From Bacillota bacterium (GTDB taxonomy: Bacteria; Bacillota; Clostridia; TANB77; CAG-508), in contig CAWVJB010000020.1 in NCBI GenBank assembly GCA_963929525.1, forward strand, positions 2,890 to 66,889: DNA of 64,000 nt, given 5' to 3'. The position numbers and the translations under genes were made by a program. The notes below the pieces were generated by a model. The model was given only the letters and a program-made list of their open reading frames with translations. It was not told the DNA's origin and searched no databases. Numbering within the stretch: the first letter of the stretch is position 1; every line of letters starts with the position of its first letter. Shown here piece after piece: positions 19,533 through 29,351 of the stretch.

Positions 19533-21446
19533 ATGAACTATAGAATTGTAAATGGATCTATTTCTTATGGAGCTGAAACGATATTAGAAGAAATAAATTT
19601 TGAAATAAAAGAAAAAGATAAGATAGCGATTATCGGAAGAAATGGAGCAGGAAAAACAACTTTTTTGAATGCTATAATTGATAATGAGATTTTAGAAGAA
19701 GGGATTGGAGAAGAAAAATTTCATGTGTATAAACAAGGAAATCCTGTTATTGGGTATTTAAAACAAATGAATTTTGAAAATTCTAACAAAACTATGTTAG
19801 AGGAAATATTAGAAGTTTATGTACCAATTTTAAATTTAGAAAACAGGATACAAGAAAAAGAAAAAGCCTTGCAAGAAAAGACAGATGAAAAATTGATAAA
19901 AGAATACACAAATGCCTTAGAACAATATGAAATACAAGGTGGATATGTATATAAAAAAGAATATGAAACAGCGATTAAAAAATTCGGATTCAGAGAAGAA
20001 GATAAAAACAAAAAAATAAATGAATTTTCTGGAGGTCAACGAACGAAGATTGCTTTCTTAAAATTATTATTAAGCAAGCCAGATATTTTATTATTAGATG
20101 AACCAACAAACCATTTAGATATTCCAGCAATTGAATGGTTGGAAAACTATTTAAAAAATTATCCAAAAGCAGTTGTGATTGTATCACATGATAGAATGTT
20201 TCTAGATAAGATTGTCAATAAAGTATATGAGATAGAATATGCAAGTATGGTAGAATATACAGGAAATTATACTGATTTTGAAAAACAAAAAAGAGAAAAT
20301 TATGAAAAACAATTGAAAGATTACGAATATCAACAAGCAGAAATCAAAAGATTGCAAGCTATTGCAGATAGGTTTCGATATAAACCAACCAAAGCAAAAA
20401 TGGCATTATCAAAATTAAAAAAGATTGAACAAATGACAATCATAGAAAAGCCAGAAGAATATGATTTAAAAACATTTTATGCTAACTTTGATGTAAAAGT
20501 ACAAAGTGGAAAAATAGTATTAAAAGTAAATAATCTAGAAATTGGATATGATAAACCAATTGCAGAAATATCTTTTGAATTATATAAAGGACAAAAACTA
20601 GCCATTATTGGAGAAAATGGAACGGGAAAATCAACACTTTTAAAAACATTAAATGGAAATATTCCTAAAATTAATGGAGAATTTGAATATGGATATCATG
20701 TGCAAAAAGGTTATTTTGATCAACAGATGGAATTTTCAAATCAAGAAAATACCATATTTGAAGAAATAGCTGAAACGTTTCTGGAATTAACAACGACACA
20801 AGTAAGGACATTGTTAGGAACATTTCTTTTTACAGGAGAAGATGTATTTAAGAAGATAAAAGTATTATCAGGAGGAGAAAGAGGAAGACTACAATTGTGT
20901 AAAATTTTAAAAAAGCAACCTAATGTCTTATTACTAGATGAGCCAACCAATCACATGGATATTGTGGGAAAAGAGAGTTTAGAAAACATACTAAAAGAAT
21001 ATACAGGAACTTTGATTTTTGTTTCTCATGATCGATATTTTGTCAATAAACTTGCAGATTGTATATTAGAATTTGATGATGGAAAAGTAACATTTTATAA
21101 AAAGAATTATCAAGAATTTTTAGAATATAAAGAAAATCAAAAAGATACCATTGATGAAACAAAAGAAGTAGGAGAAAACATAAAACAGGTAAAAGTTAAG
21201 AAAAAAGCAATCCATCCATATTTTATAGAAAAAGAGAGAAATCGAATACAAAATAAGATGAATAAAATTGAACAAGAGATTAATGATAAGGAAAAAAAAA
21301 TTCAAGACATTGAAAAAGAGATGACGAAAGAAGAAAATACTTCAGATTATATAAAACTAAACGAATTACAAGAAGAAATACAAAAAATTAATCAAGAAAT
21401 AGAAGAGAAAATGCAAGAATGGGAGAATTTGAGTGATCAACTTTAG
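19533..21446 (+). CDS. ABC-F family ATPase (two NBDs, no TMD, C-terminal coiled coil)
   Basis: Two Walker A motifs (GRNGAGKTT, GENGTGKST), two LSGG signatures, an inter-domain linker and a K/E-rich tail. Confidence 0.9.
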   Translation: MNYRIVNGSISYGAETILEEINFEIKEKDKIAIIGRNGAGKTTFLNAIIDNEILEEGIGEEKFHVYKQGNPVIGYLKQMNFENSNKTMLEEILEVYVPILNLENRIQEKEKALQEKTDEKLIKEYTNALEQYEIQGGYVYKKEYETAIKKFGFREEDKNKKINEFSGGQRTKIAFLKLLLSKPDILLLDEPTNHLDIPAIEWLENYLKNYPKAVVIVSHDRMFLDKIVNKVYEIEYASMVEYTGNYTDFEKQKRENYEKQLKDYEYQQAEIKRLQAIADRFRYKPTKAKMALSKLKKIEQMTIIEKPEEYDLKTFYANFDVKVQSGKIVLKVNNLEIGYDKPIAEISFELYKGQKLAIIGENGTGKSTLLKTLNGNIPKINGEFEYGYHVQKGYFDQQMEFSNQENTIFEEIAETFLELTTTQVRTLLGTFLFTGEDVFKKIKVLSGGERGRLQLCKILKKQPNVLLLDEPTNHMDIVGKESLENILKEYTGTLIFVSHDRYFVNKLADCILEFDDGKVTFYKKNYQEFLEYKENQKDTIDETKEVGENIKQVKVKKKAIHPYFIEKERNRIQNKMNKIEQEINDKEKKIQDIEKEMTKEENTSDYIKLNELQEEIQKINQEIEEKMQEWENLSDQL

Positions 21447-21526
21447 AGGAAACTTTAAATATTGAAATTTCCGTAAAAGGTTATATAATATTAGAGTTGA
21501 AATTTAGTGATTTGGGAGGATGTAAA

Positions 21527-21707
21527 ATGGTAAAAATAGCATTTTTTGATACAAAAAAATTTATCTATATTACTTTCTATGCCAAATGTATTTATTACTT
21601 CTCATCAAGCATTCTTTACTAAAGAAGCTTTAAATAAAATTGCCAGTGATACATTAGAAAATATAAAAAAAGAAATAGAAACAGGGACATGTGAAAATGA
21701 ACTTTAA
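21527..21707 (+). pseudogene. Remnant of D-2-hydroxyacid (D-lactate) dehydrogenase
   Basis: MVKIAFFDTKK (N-terminus) joins, out of frame, to PNVFITSHQAFFTKEALNKIASDTLENI (C-terminus). About 270 internal codons are missing. Confidence 0.5.
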
Positions 21708-21715
21708 AGGATAGA

Positions 21716-21910
21716 GATAATTTTGGGATGGACTCAATTTTCCATTTTTAAATTGAGAAATCTTAAAAATATAGAATATAAAGTCAATATACGATTTTGT
21801 ATAAGCTAAATTTGAATTTAAATACGCAAAATCGTTTTATTTTTATATTCTATATTTTTTATCTTAATGAAATTAGAAAAAAGGGAAAAATGAATTAGTT
21901 CAAAATTCTT
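21716..21910. repeat. Family E-related degenerate palindrome (mini version)
   Basis: Core cgattttgtataagctaaattt...aaatacgcaaaatcg is shared with 24690-24840 and 54400-54550. Nested arms aaaaatatagaatataaa / tttatattctatattttt. Confidence 0.65.
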
Positions 21911-21911
21911 C

Positions 21912-21947
21912 AAAATGTCCCAAACAGAAACGTCCCCAATAGGACAT
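21912..21947 (-). repeat. Family C hairpin, copy 2
   Basis: aaaatgtcccaaacagaaacgtccccaataggacat. On the minus strand it directly follows, and shares A residues with, the sspH TAA. Confidence 0.85.
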
Positions 21948-22129
21948 TAATTATATAAATTTCTTTCATATAAGTCTTGGATAAATACATCTTTTTCTTC
22001 AAAATTGTCAATAAAACCTACTTTTGCTATATTTTCATTGACTCCTTGAATCCATACAGGTCTATCGTCATAAAAAACATCACACTTTTCTTTATTTGCT
22101 AATATAGAATTAATTCTAGAAATATCCAT
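21947..22129 (-). CDS. sspH: H-type small acid-soluble spore protein
   Basis: 60 aa; MDISRINSILANKEKCDVFYDDRPVWIQGVNE fits the SASP-H pattern. GGGAGG RBS. Confidence 0.7.
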   Translation of the reverse strand: MDISRINSILANKEKCDVFYDDRPVWIQGVNENIAKVGFIDNFEEKDVFIQDLYERNLYN

Positions 22130-22349
22130 AAGAAATCCCTCCCATAAAATTATACTAATAAAAATATATCCAAAAAGATAATTTTATATTCATAAGAAAT
22201 ATGTTTTCAGAAAAGAAAAAAAGAAATAAGAATTTTTAATTCTAATTTTTAATGTATTTTTTGACATATTTTAACATCTTTTTACAATGCTTGACTTATA
22301 TACAGATTTCATATACAATGAATTAGGGAAGAACTAAAGGAGGAATTAT

Positions 22350-23990
22350 ATGAAAATACAATATAAAGATAAAGTAATGGAATTTGATCAACCAATGACA
22401 ATTAATGAATTATTAAAAGAAGAAATTGAAAATACTGAGTATACAGTGGTAGCTGCTGTTTTCAATAATGAATATAAAAACTTAGAATCTATAATTGAAG
22501 AAGATGGAAAAATAGAATTAATTGATATTTCTTCAAAAGAAGGAATGAAGGTATATAGAAGAACATTAGTATATATAGTAGGAAAAGCATTTGAGAACAT
22601 ATGTCCTAATAAGAAAATGGAAGTGAACTATCAATTATCAAATGCCATGTTTTGTGATTTAATAGATGAAGAAGTAACAGATGAATTTTTAGAAGAATTA
22701 GCACAAGAAGTGAGAAGAATTGTGAAAGAAGATTTGCCAATCAGACAAGTCATTATGAATCGAGAAGAAGCAACAAAATTTTTTAATGAAACCCAAAGCT
22801 CAAAAGGAAGATTGCAATTAGATTTAGAAGGCAATAATGAAATTTTTATGTATTATTGTGAAGACTACTATAACTATTGTTATGGAACATTGGCGAATCG
22901 AACAGGAGTTACGAAAATATTTGAGATAGTAAGATATAATGATGGATTTTTGGTTAGATATCCAAGTCAAAATGATCCAGAAAGAATGCCAAAGTTTGTA
23001 AAAAATAAAAAGTTAGCATGGGCAATGGAAGAATATGATGATATCAATAAAATTTTAAATATAGATAGAGTTTATCGAATCAACCAAGCAATAAAAAAAG
23101 GAACCATTAAAGATATTATTCTTTTAGCAGAAGCTTTGCATGAAAAGAAAATAGCAAAAATTGCAGATAATATAGCTAAAAACAAAAACATAAAAATGGT
23201 ATTGATTGCAGGTCCTTCATCATCAGGAAAAACAACTTTTGCACAAAGATTAGGCATTCAGTTAAAATTAAATAGAATAAAACCAGTAACCATTTCTGTA
23301 GACAATTATTTTGTAGAAAGAAAAGATACACCAAGAGACGAAAATGGAGATTATGATTTTGAATGTTTAGAAGCAATAGATTTAGAATTGTTTAATGATC
23401 ATTTAACAAGACTATTAAATGGTGAAGAAGTAGAAATACCACAATTTGACTTCCTTGTAGGAACCAAAAGATATAATGGTAAAAAATTAAAATTAGAAGA
23501 AGATGAAGTATTAGTTATAGAAGGAATCCACTGCTTAAATGATAAATTAACAAGTAAAATACCAGCAGAACAAAAATATAAAGTATATATTAGTGCACTA
23601 ACCGTATTGAATTTAGATAGGTTTAACAGAATATCTACAACAGACACAAGATTAATCAGAAGAATTGTAAGAGATTATCAATTTAGAGGATATTCAGCTA
23701 AAAACACAATTGCCACATGGAATAAAGTAAACGAAGGAGAAAAGAGAAATATATTCCCATTCCAAGAGGAAGCCAACTTTATATTTAATACATCATTGGT
23801 CTATGAAATTGGAGCTTTAAAGCCAATTATTATGCCATTATTGAAAGAAATTACCAAAGAAGACCCAGAATATGCAGAAGCTTTTAGATTAATGAATATG
23901 TTAAAATATTTTGAAGAAATACCTAAAGAATATGTACCAAATAACTCTCTATTAAAAGAGTTTTTAGGTGACGGAGATTTTAAATATTAG
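22350..23990 (+). CDS. Uridine-kinase-family nucleoside kinase with N-terminal TGS-like domain
   Basis: P-loop LIAGPSSSGKTTFAQRL and a PRK/uridine-kinase-like C-terminal half; 546 aa. Confidence 0.7.
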   Translation: MKIQYKDKVMEFDQPMTINELLKEEIENTEYTVVAAVFNNEYKNLESIIEEDGKIELIDISSKEGMKVYRRTLVYIVGKAFENICPNKKMEVNYQLSNAMFCDLIDEEVTDEFLEELAQEVRRIVKEDLPIRQVIMNREEATKFFNETQSSKGRLQLDLEGNNEIFMYYCEDYYNYCYGTLANRTGVTKIFEIVRYNDGFLVRYPSQNDPERMPKFVKNKKLAWAMEEYDDINKILNIDRVYRINQAIKKGTIKDIILLAEALHEKKIAKIADNIAKNKNIKMVLIAGPSSSGKTTFAQRLGIQLKLNRIKPVTISVDNYFVERKDTPRDENGDYDFECLEAIDLELFNDHLTRLLNGEEVEIPQFDFLVGTKRYNGKKLKLEEDEVLVIEGIHCLNDKLTSKIPAEQKYKVYISALTVLNLDRFNRISTTDTRLIRRIVRDYQFRGYSAKNTIATWNKVNEGEKRNIFPFQEEANFIFNTSLVYEIGALKPIIMPLLKEITKEDPEYAEAFRLMNMLKYFEEIPKEYVPNNSLLKEFLGDGDFKY

Positions 23991-24000
23991 AAAATGTTAA

Positions 24001-24257
24001 AGGTTGCCAAAGGGGACGGGTTAAAATGGCAACTTTTCAATTTTAAATTAAGAATGTTATTGATTAATAAGAAAGGCGTGCATTAACGAAATCAAAGATT
24101 TCGATGCACACATGTGAAGACTGCTTCGCAGTACTTCACGAATATAAGAAGCCTAACCTTGTTGTATACGGAAAAATCTACATAGGGTCAAGATAAAGGT
24201 CGATTTTTCCTATACAATAAAAAAGTTGCCATTTTAACCCGTCCCCTTTGGCAACCT
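24001..24257. repeat. Family B palindrome, copy 2 (arms enclosing other modules)
   Basis: Perfect 37-bp arms aggttgccaaaggggacgggttaaaatggcaactttt. Interior carries module R8 (24136-24209) and two GC-containing hairpins. TTAA on both flanks. Confidence 0.9.
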
Positions 24258-24278
24258 TTAATTGAAAAAGGAGAAAAC

Positions 24279-24593
24279 ATGGAAAATAGAAGATTTATAG
24301 AAATCGATGAAGAATTTATATGTGATAATTGCGGAAAAAAGGTTCCAAAACTAGGCTATTCTTGTAGAGACCATTGTCCATATTGTTTACATTCTAGACA
24401 TGTGGACAAAAATCCAGGAGATAGACAAGAAACTTGCCATGGGGATTTAGAGCCAGTTTCTTTAGAAATTGATGGAAAAAAAGGTTATGTGATTATTTAT
24501 AGATGTAAAACTTGTGGAGCAATTAGAAAAAATAAAGCAGCGAAAGATGATAACATGGATTTAATCATAGATTTAAGCAGTAAACAAATCTGA
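24279..24593 (+). CDS. RNHCP-domain protein
   Basis: CDNCG...RDHCPYCLHSRHVD...CKTCG cysteine pattern of the RNHCP family. Confidence 0.7.
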   Translation: MENRRFIEIDEEFICDNCGKKVPKLGYSCRDHCPYCLHSRHVDKNPGDRQETCHGDLEPVSLEIDGKKGYVIIYRCKTCGAIRKNKAAKDDNMDLIIDLSSKQI

Positions 24594-24939
24594 AACGTTG
24601 AGAACGTGCCAAATCGTTCCAAAATGTGCCAAAAGGGACAGACCTTAACCTATCCACCAAGGGGACTTGTGTTTATATAAAATCATTCACAATTTTGTAT
24701 AAGCTAAATTTTCATAGAATTCTAAAAGAAAAAGATGTATTCATGCACTCAGACCCTCTCGTAACGAGAGTACCGTGCAATTCGTACATCTTTTTCTTTA
24801 AGAATCTCTATATTCAAATTTAGATACGCAAAATCGATTCATTCTTTTATATAAACACAAGTCCCCTTGGTGGATAGGTTAAGGTCTGTCCCTTTTGGCA
24901 CATTTTGGAACGATTTGGCACGTCCCTAACGTTTCAGAT
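24588..24939. repeat. Family E palindrome, copy 1 (352 bp)
   Basis: Arms atctgaaacgtt.agggacgtgccaaatcgttccaaaatgtgccaaaagggacagaccttaacctatccaccaaggggacttgtgtttatataaaa and their complement. Centre ctctcg-taa-cgagag near 24763. Confidence 0.9.
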
Positions 24940-27405
24940 TTCTTTATTCAAATTTCCATTTGTATAATGGCTACCGTCAAACCTTTGATTATTAAGCACT
25001 CTGTGAATAATTTCATTGATTTCTTCAATGGTTTCATCCAAAACATCAATTCTTGCATAATCAACATTGAATTCTTTGGGATAAATAGAGGTGATCTTAC
25101 TATTAAAAATCGTTGTAACTGTTTGAATATTATCAGGTAAAATTCTAAAATTCATATGTAAACGGTCTTTTAATTCATAAATATTATTGGTAATACATCT
25201 TTGCTTACAAGTTGGATAACATTTATCGGTTTCACCTAAAAGACAATAATTCATATTTAATAATGGTGTTCTACCATAAACGATAATTTCATTTGGTAAT
25301 TCTGCACAATTACACAAATCATGAATCATTTTTCTATTTAATTCAGGAGATATGGTATATCGGCAAATTCCTAAATTTTTTAATTCATTGATTGTATGAG
25401 AGTTATATACATTAAAGGTGTAATTGGTAATTAATTCTAGGTTTGTATTAAGATTTGCAAAAAGTGTATGTAATAATTTTATATTACAAATATTTGAAAT
25501 GACAAATCCTTTAATATGATAATTACTTAAAGTGGTTTCTATATTACTAGATAATAGATTTTTATAATTTGATTTGATAATAGTTGGCATATAAATGTAT
25601 ATATTAAATTTATCATCCAGAATATGTAAAATTTCTTGATAATCTTTCATAGAAAAATATTTTAAAGGGATATATACATTTTCAATATCATGAAGTTGTG
25701 TATAATCAAAATCCTTATGCAAAATGTTTAATAATAAAGAAATTTTTGTCTTTTTGATAGAAGAAATAGGCTGTTCCAAATCTTCCTTTTTTACTAGCTT
25801 GTCGATTTCTTTAGTTTCTTTTTTACTTGCAAAGATATTTTTATTAATAATAGAAGAATTTCTTTTCATTGTTCTTATGGCATATAGTTCTACCATTTGT
25901 AAAATCGTTCTTCTTAAATCATTTAATGTACTTAACTTCGGAATAAATACATTATGATCTAATTCGATATCTAAAGTTTTAAAAGCATAAGGAGTAGAAC
26001 CAGTTTTTGAAAATTGTGATATCACTGTATTTTTATCTACTGGTCTGGTGATAGCTTTTAAAGGAAGAATATCACTAGTATATTGTATATTTAAATCTTT
26101 ATATAATTCCATATTACTAGCAGATGTTACTGTAATAGAAATCGGTTTATTTTCCTTAATCACAATATGGCAATTTAAAAGTACTTTTCGATTTTCCTTT
26201 GCACAACTATTTTGTGCCAAAAGATTTAATTTTTTAGAACTCATTTTGAAAATCTGATTTCCTAATTTGATATTTCCTTTCATCCTACCAATTACAACTG
26301 TTTGACCAATTTCTGTAAATTTAATATTTTTCATATTTGTATCCATTAATTCAGAAATGGTATAAGTTCCTTCTTCTTTTTCTAAAGAAATGGTATCACC
26401 AATACCGATAGGTTCATTTAATTTAACCGTAATATATCCTTTTTTGGCATTATATTTTTGAACTTTACCTAAGAATAATCCCATATTGTTTGGCTTTTCT
26501 TTAAAGACTAAATTTCGGTTAGCTTCATTGCTTAAGTGACCAGAAGAAGACATACCTCTATTAAACACTTGTAATAATTCTTTCTTATCATCTTCATCAA
26601 TGATATATTCATTATCAGACAAGGCTAAATCTATATATTTTCGATAAATTCTAGTAACCGTTGCTACATATTCAAGTGATTTCATACGTCCCTCTATTTT
26701 AAAAGACTTTACACCAGCTTGAATTAAATATGGAATAAATTCTAAACCGCATAAATCTCTTGTACTTAATAGATATCCTAAATTGATAGACTTTCCATTT
26801 TCTAATAATTCAAAAGGAAGTCTACAAGGACCTGCGCATTTTCCTCTATTTCCAGAACGTCCACCTAACATACTAGAAAATAGACATTGTCCAGAATAAG
26901 AAATACAAAGTGCTCCATGGATAAAGGTTTCTATTTCAATATTTGTATTTTTACAAATATAATCAATTTCATTAACAGAAAGTTCTCTTGCAAGAACAAC
27001 TCTTTTAAATCCTAGTTCTTGCAATTCTAAAGCTCCATTTAAATTATGGACAGTCATTTGTGTACTAGCATGAATTGGTAAATCAGGAAATGCTCTCATA
27101 AGAGCCATAGCCAATCCTAAATCTTGAACAATAATGGCATCAATTCCAAATTCATAAGCTTTTTTGGCTACATGCATAGCAGATTCAAATTCTGTATCTG
27201 TTACTAAAGTATTTAATGTTAAATGGGTTTTAACACCACGGAGTTTTGCATATTGAATGGCTTTTTCTAAATCTTCAAGAGAAAAATTGGTAGCAAAAGC
27301 TCGCGCACTAAACATATCGGCACCAAAATAAACACTGTTAGCACCATTTTGTACAGCAGCTTTTAAACATTCAAAATCACCAACAGGAGAAAGTAATTCT
27401 ACCAT
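24934..27405 (-). CDS. U32-family peptidase-like protein (long form with DUF3656-like C-terminal region)
   Basis: MVELLSPVGD...AVQNGANSVYFG...ARELS, a typical U32 N-terminal barrel; 823 aa. Confidence 0.85.
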   Translation of the reverse strand: MVELLSPVGDFECLKAAVQNGANSVYFGADMFSARAFATNFSLEDLEKAIQYAKLRGVKTHLTLNTLVTDTEFESAMHVAKKAYEFGIDAIIVQDLGLAMALMRAFPDLPIHASTQMTVHNLNGALELQELGFKRVVLARELSVNEIDYICKNTNIEIETFIHGALCISYSGQCLFSSMLGGRSGNRGKCAGPCRLPFELLENGKSINLGYLLSTRDLCGLEFIPYLIQAGVKSFKIEGRMKSLEYVATVTRIYRKYIDLALSDNEYIIDEDDKKELLQVFNRGMSSSGHLSNEANRNLVFKEKPNNMGLFLGKVQKYNAKKGYITVKLNEPIGIGDTISLEKEEGTYTISELMDTNMKNIKFTEIGQTVVIGRMKGNIKLGNQIFKMSSKKLNLLAQNSCAKENRKVLLNCHIVIKENKPISITVTSASNMELYKDLNIQYTSDILPLKAITRPVDKNTVISQFSKTGSTPYAFKTLDIELDHNVFIPKLSTLNDLRRTILQMVELYAIRTMKRNSSIINKNIFASKKETKEIDKLVKKEDLEQPISSIKKTKISLLLNILHKDFDYTQLHDIENVYIPLKYFSMKDYQEILHILDDKFNIYIYMPTIIKSNYKNLLSSNIETTLSNYHIKGFVISNICNIKLLHTLFANLNTNLELITNYTFNVYNSHTINELKNLGICRYTISPELNRKMIHDLCNCAELPNEIIVYGRTPLLNMNYCLLGETDKCYPTCKQRCITNNIYELKDRLHMNFRILPDNIQTVTTIFNSKITSIYPKEFNVDYARIDVLDETIEEINEIIHRVLNNQRFDGSHYTNGNLNKEI

Positions 27406-27623
27406 AATTTCACCACCTTTTTTGAGTTTGATACTATATATTATTTAAAAAAATCTTTTTTGAACCAATTTTACCTAATTATACCATAAAATACTTGGAA
27501 TTTCTAGGTTACATAAAGTTACAATAAAAAGTGGAAAATATTTTATTGCTTATGGTTAGATAAAATAGAATATTATTAGAACATTTAGGAATTTTTTAAT
27601 AGCATTATTTTACCTATAACAAA

Positions 27624-27711
27624 CAAAAATGTGATTTAAATAATAAAAATACTTGCAAAAATGTGATAAAAGCAATAAAAAACTTTGCAAAAATGTGATT
27701 ATATGGTATAA
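27624..27711 (+). promoter_or_regulatory. Three phased direct repeats ending in an extended -10 promoter
   Basis: caaaaatgtgat at 27624, 27656 and 27688 (exactly 32 bp apart). The last copy abuts tggtataat (27703-27711). Confidence 0.6.
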
Positions 27712-27755
27712 TGATAATAGATAATGTATATATTATAGATGGGAAGTGTTGCCAG

Positions 27756-29057
27756 ATGAAAAGATTTATAATGGAAAAATTAATAAAATGGAAAGATAGT
27801 AAATATAGAAAACCATTAATTTTAAAAGGTGCTAGACAAGTAGGAAAAACATATATTATAAAACAATTTGGAGAAGAAAATTATGAAGGCATTGCTTATT
27901 TCAACTTTGACCATGATGAAGATTTGCACAATTTGTTTGTCAATACAAAAGATCCCAAAAGAATACTAGAGCAATTAGCATTCATATATGGAAAAGCAAT
28001 ATTACCAGGAAAGACATTGATATTTTTTGATGAGATACAAGAATGTCCAGATGCTTTAAATAGTTTAAAATATTTTCAAGAAGAGGCAAATGAATATCAT
28101 ATTATTTGTGCAGGAAGTTTGTTGGGAATCAGATTATCACATACATCCTTTCCAGTTGGAAAAGTAGAATTTATGAATATGTATCCAATGTCTTTTAGTG
28201 AGTTTTTAATTGCTGATAATTGTGAAAACCTAGTTGACTACATGAAATCTATTACAAAAATTGAAAATATTCCAGAAATATTTTTTAATCAATTAGAGGA
28301 AAAATTAAAAGCATATTTTATTATTGGAGGAATGCCAGAAGCTGTGTATTCATGGGTAAATGAAAAAAATATGGAATTCGTAAATGCCATACAAGAAAAT
28401 ATATTAAAAGCCTATGAAAGTGATTTTTCAAAACATACGCAAAATCATGAAGCAAATAAGATTTCTTTAATATGGAATAGTATACCATCACAATTGGCAA
28501 AGGAAAACAAGAAGTTTTTATATCAAACCATAAAAGAGGGAGCACGTACAAGAGAATATGAAAGTGCTTTAAACTGGTTAAATGATGCGAATTTGATATA
28601 TAAAGTATATCATGTTAACAAGACAGATTTCCCATTAAAAGCATATCATGATTTAAGTTGTTTTAAAATCTATATGAATGATGTAGGATTACTTAGAAGA
28701 ATGGTGAATTTAGATAGTAGAATTGTGATAGAAGGAGATAAATTATTTGAAGAATTTAAAGGTGCTTTTACAGAAAATTATGTATTAAATATGCTAACAA
28801 TGCTTTACGAAGAAGTTCCAAATTATTTTACTTTTGATAGATATGAAATAGATTTTGTAATTCAAAATAGAAATAGAATAATACCAATAGAGGTAAAATC
28901 TAATAAGTTGACAAGTAATGCTAGTTTAACAAAATATAATGAAAAATTTAATAATAACATATCCATTAGACTATCAATGAATAATTTAAAAAAGGATGAT
29001 AAAATTTTAAATATACCATTATTTTTGATAGAATATATGGAGAATTTAATAGACTGA
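27756..29057 (+). CDS. AAA-family ATPase with DUF4143-like C-terminal domain
   Basis: Walker A GARQVGKT, FFDEIQ Walker B-like motif and a C-terminal restriction-endonuclease-like fold (EIDFVI...IPIEVKS). Confidence 0.8.
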   Translation: MKRFIMEKLIKWKDSKYRKPLILKGARQVGKTYIIKQFGEENYEGIAYFNFDHDEDLHNLFVNTKDPKRILEQLAFIYGKAILPGKTLIFFDEIQECPDALNSLKYFQEEANEYHIICAGSLLGIRLSHTSFPVGKVEFMNMYPMSFSEFLIADNCENLVDYMKSITKIENIPEIFFNQLEEKLKAYFIIGGMPEAVYSWVNEKNMEFVNAIQENILKAYESDFSKHTQNHEANKISLIWNSIPSQLAKENKKFLYQTIKEGARTREYESALNWLNDANLIYKVYHVNKTDFPLKAYHDLSCFKIYMNDVGLLRRMVNLDSRIVIEGDKLFEEFKGAFTENYVLNMLTMLYEEVPNYFTFDRYEIDFVIQNRNRIIPIEVKSNKLTSNASLTKYNEKFNNNISIRLSMNNLKKDDKILNIPLFLIEYMENLID

Positions 29058-29076
29058 ATATTATAAAAAAATAAGA

Positions 29077-29120
29077 AATAGAAAATCATGTTAGTCAATA
29101 TGTGATTTTCTATTTTTTTC
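29077..29120 (+). terminator. Intrinsic terminator
   Basis: Stem aaatagaaaatca / tgattttctattt followed by a T run. Confidence 0.7.
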
Positions 29121-29222
29121 ATTTTGTTCGCTTGAAATGTTAAAAAAATAGTATATAATAGAAACCATAGGAAAGAGAAAAACAGATGTGGTTTGCCTCC
29201 TACATAATAGGAGGTGATGCAT

Positions 29223-29345
29223 ATGATAGAAATAGAAACTTTATTATTGATTATAAAATTACTATTTGCTGGTCTAGTATCAATAACTATCATTACATTT
29301 ACCTTAATTCTAGCAATCGTTGTAATTATGAGTAAACATAAATAA
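29223..29345 (+). CDS. Candidate type I toxin, 40-aa hydrophobic peptide (holin-like toxin style); not in the ORF track
   Basis: MIEIETLLLIIKLLFAGLVSITIITFTLILAIVVIMSKHK. AGGAGG lies 8 nt upstream. Own promoter ttgaaa-N16-tataat (29132-29159). The SD is paired in a cctccta/taggagg hairpin (29196-29214). Confidence 0.5.
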   Translation: MIEIETLLLIIKLLFAGLVSITIITFTLILAIVVIMSKHK

Positions 29346-29351
29346 AATACA

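Noticed and set aside
24626-25140. ORF-track entries 24626..24823 (+) and 24895..25140 (+) inside or overlapping the family E palindrome
   Set aside because: They lie in mirror-image repeat arms, have no RBS and no recognisable protein features, and the second is antisense to the U32 gene end. They are best explained as chance ORFs in repeat DNA.
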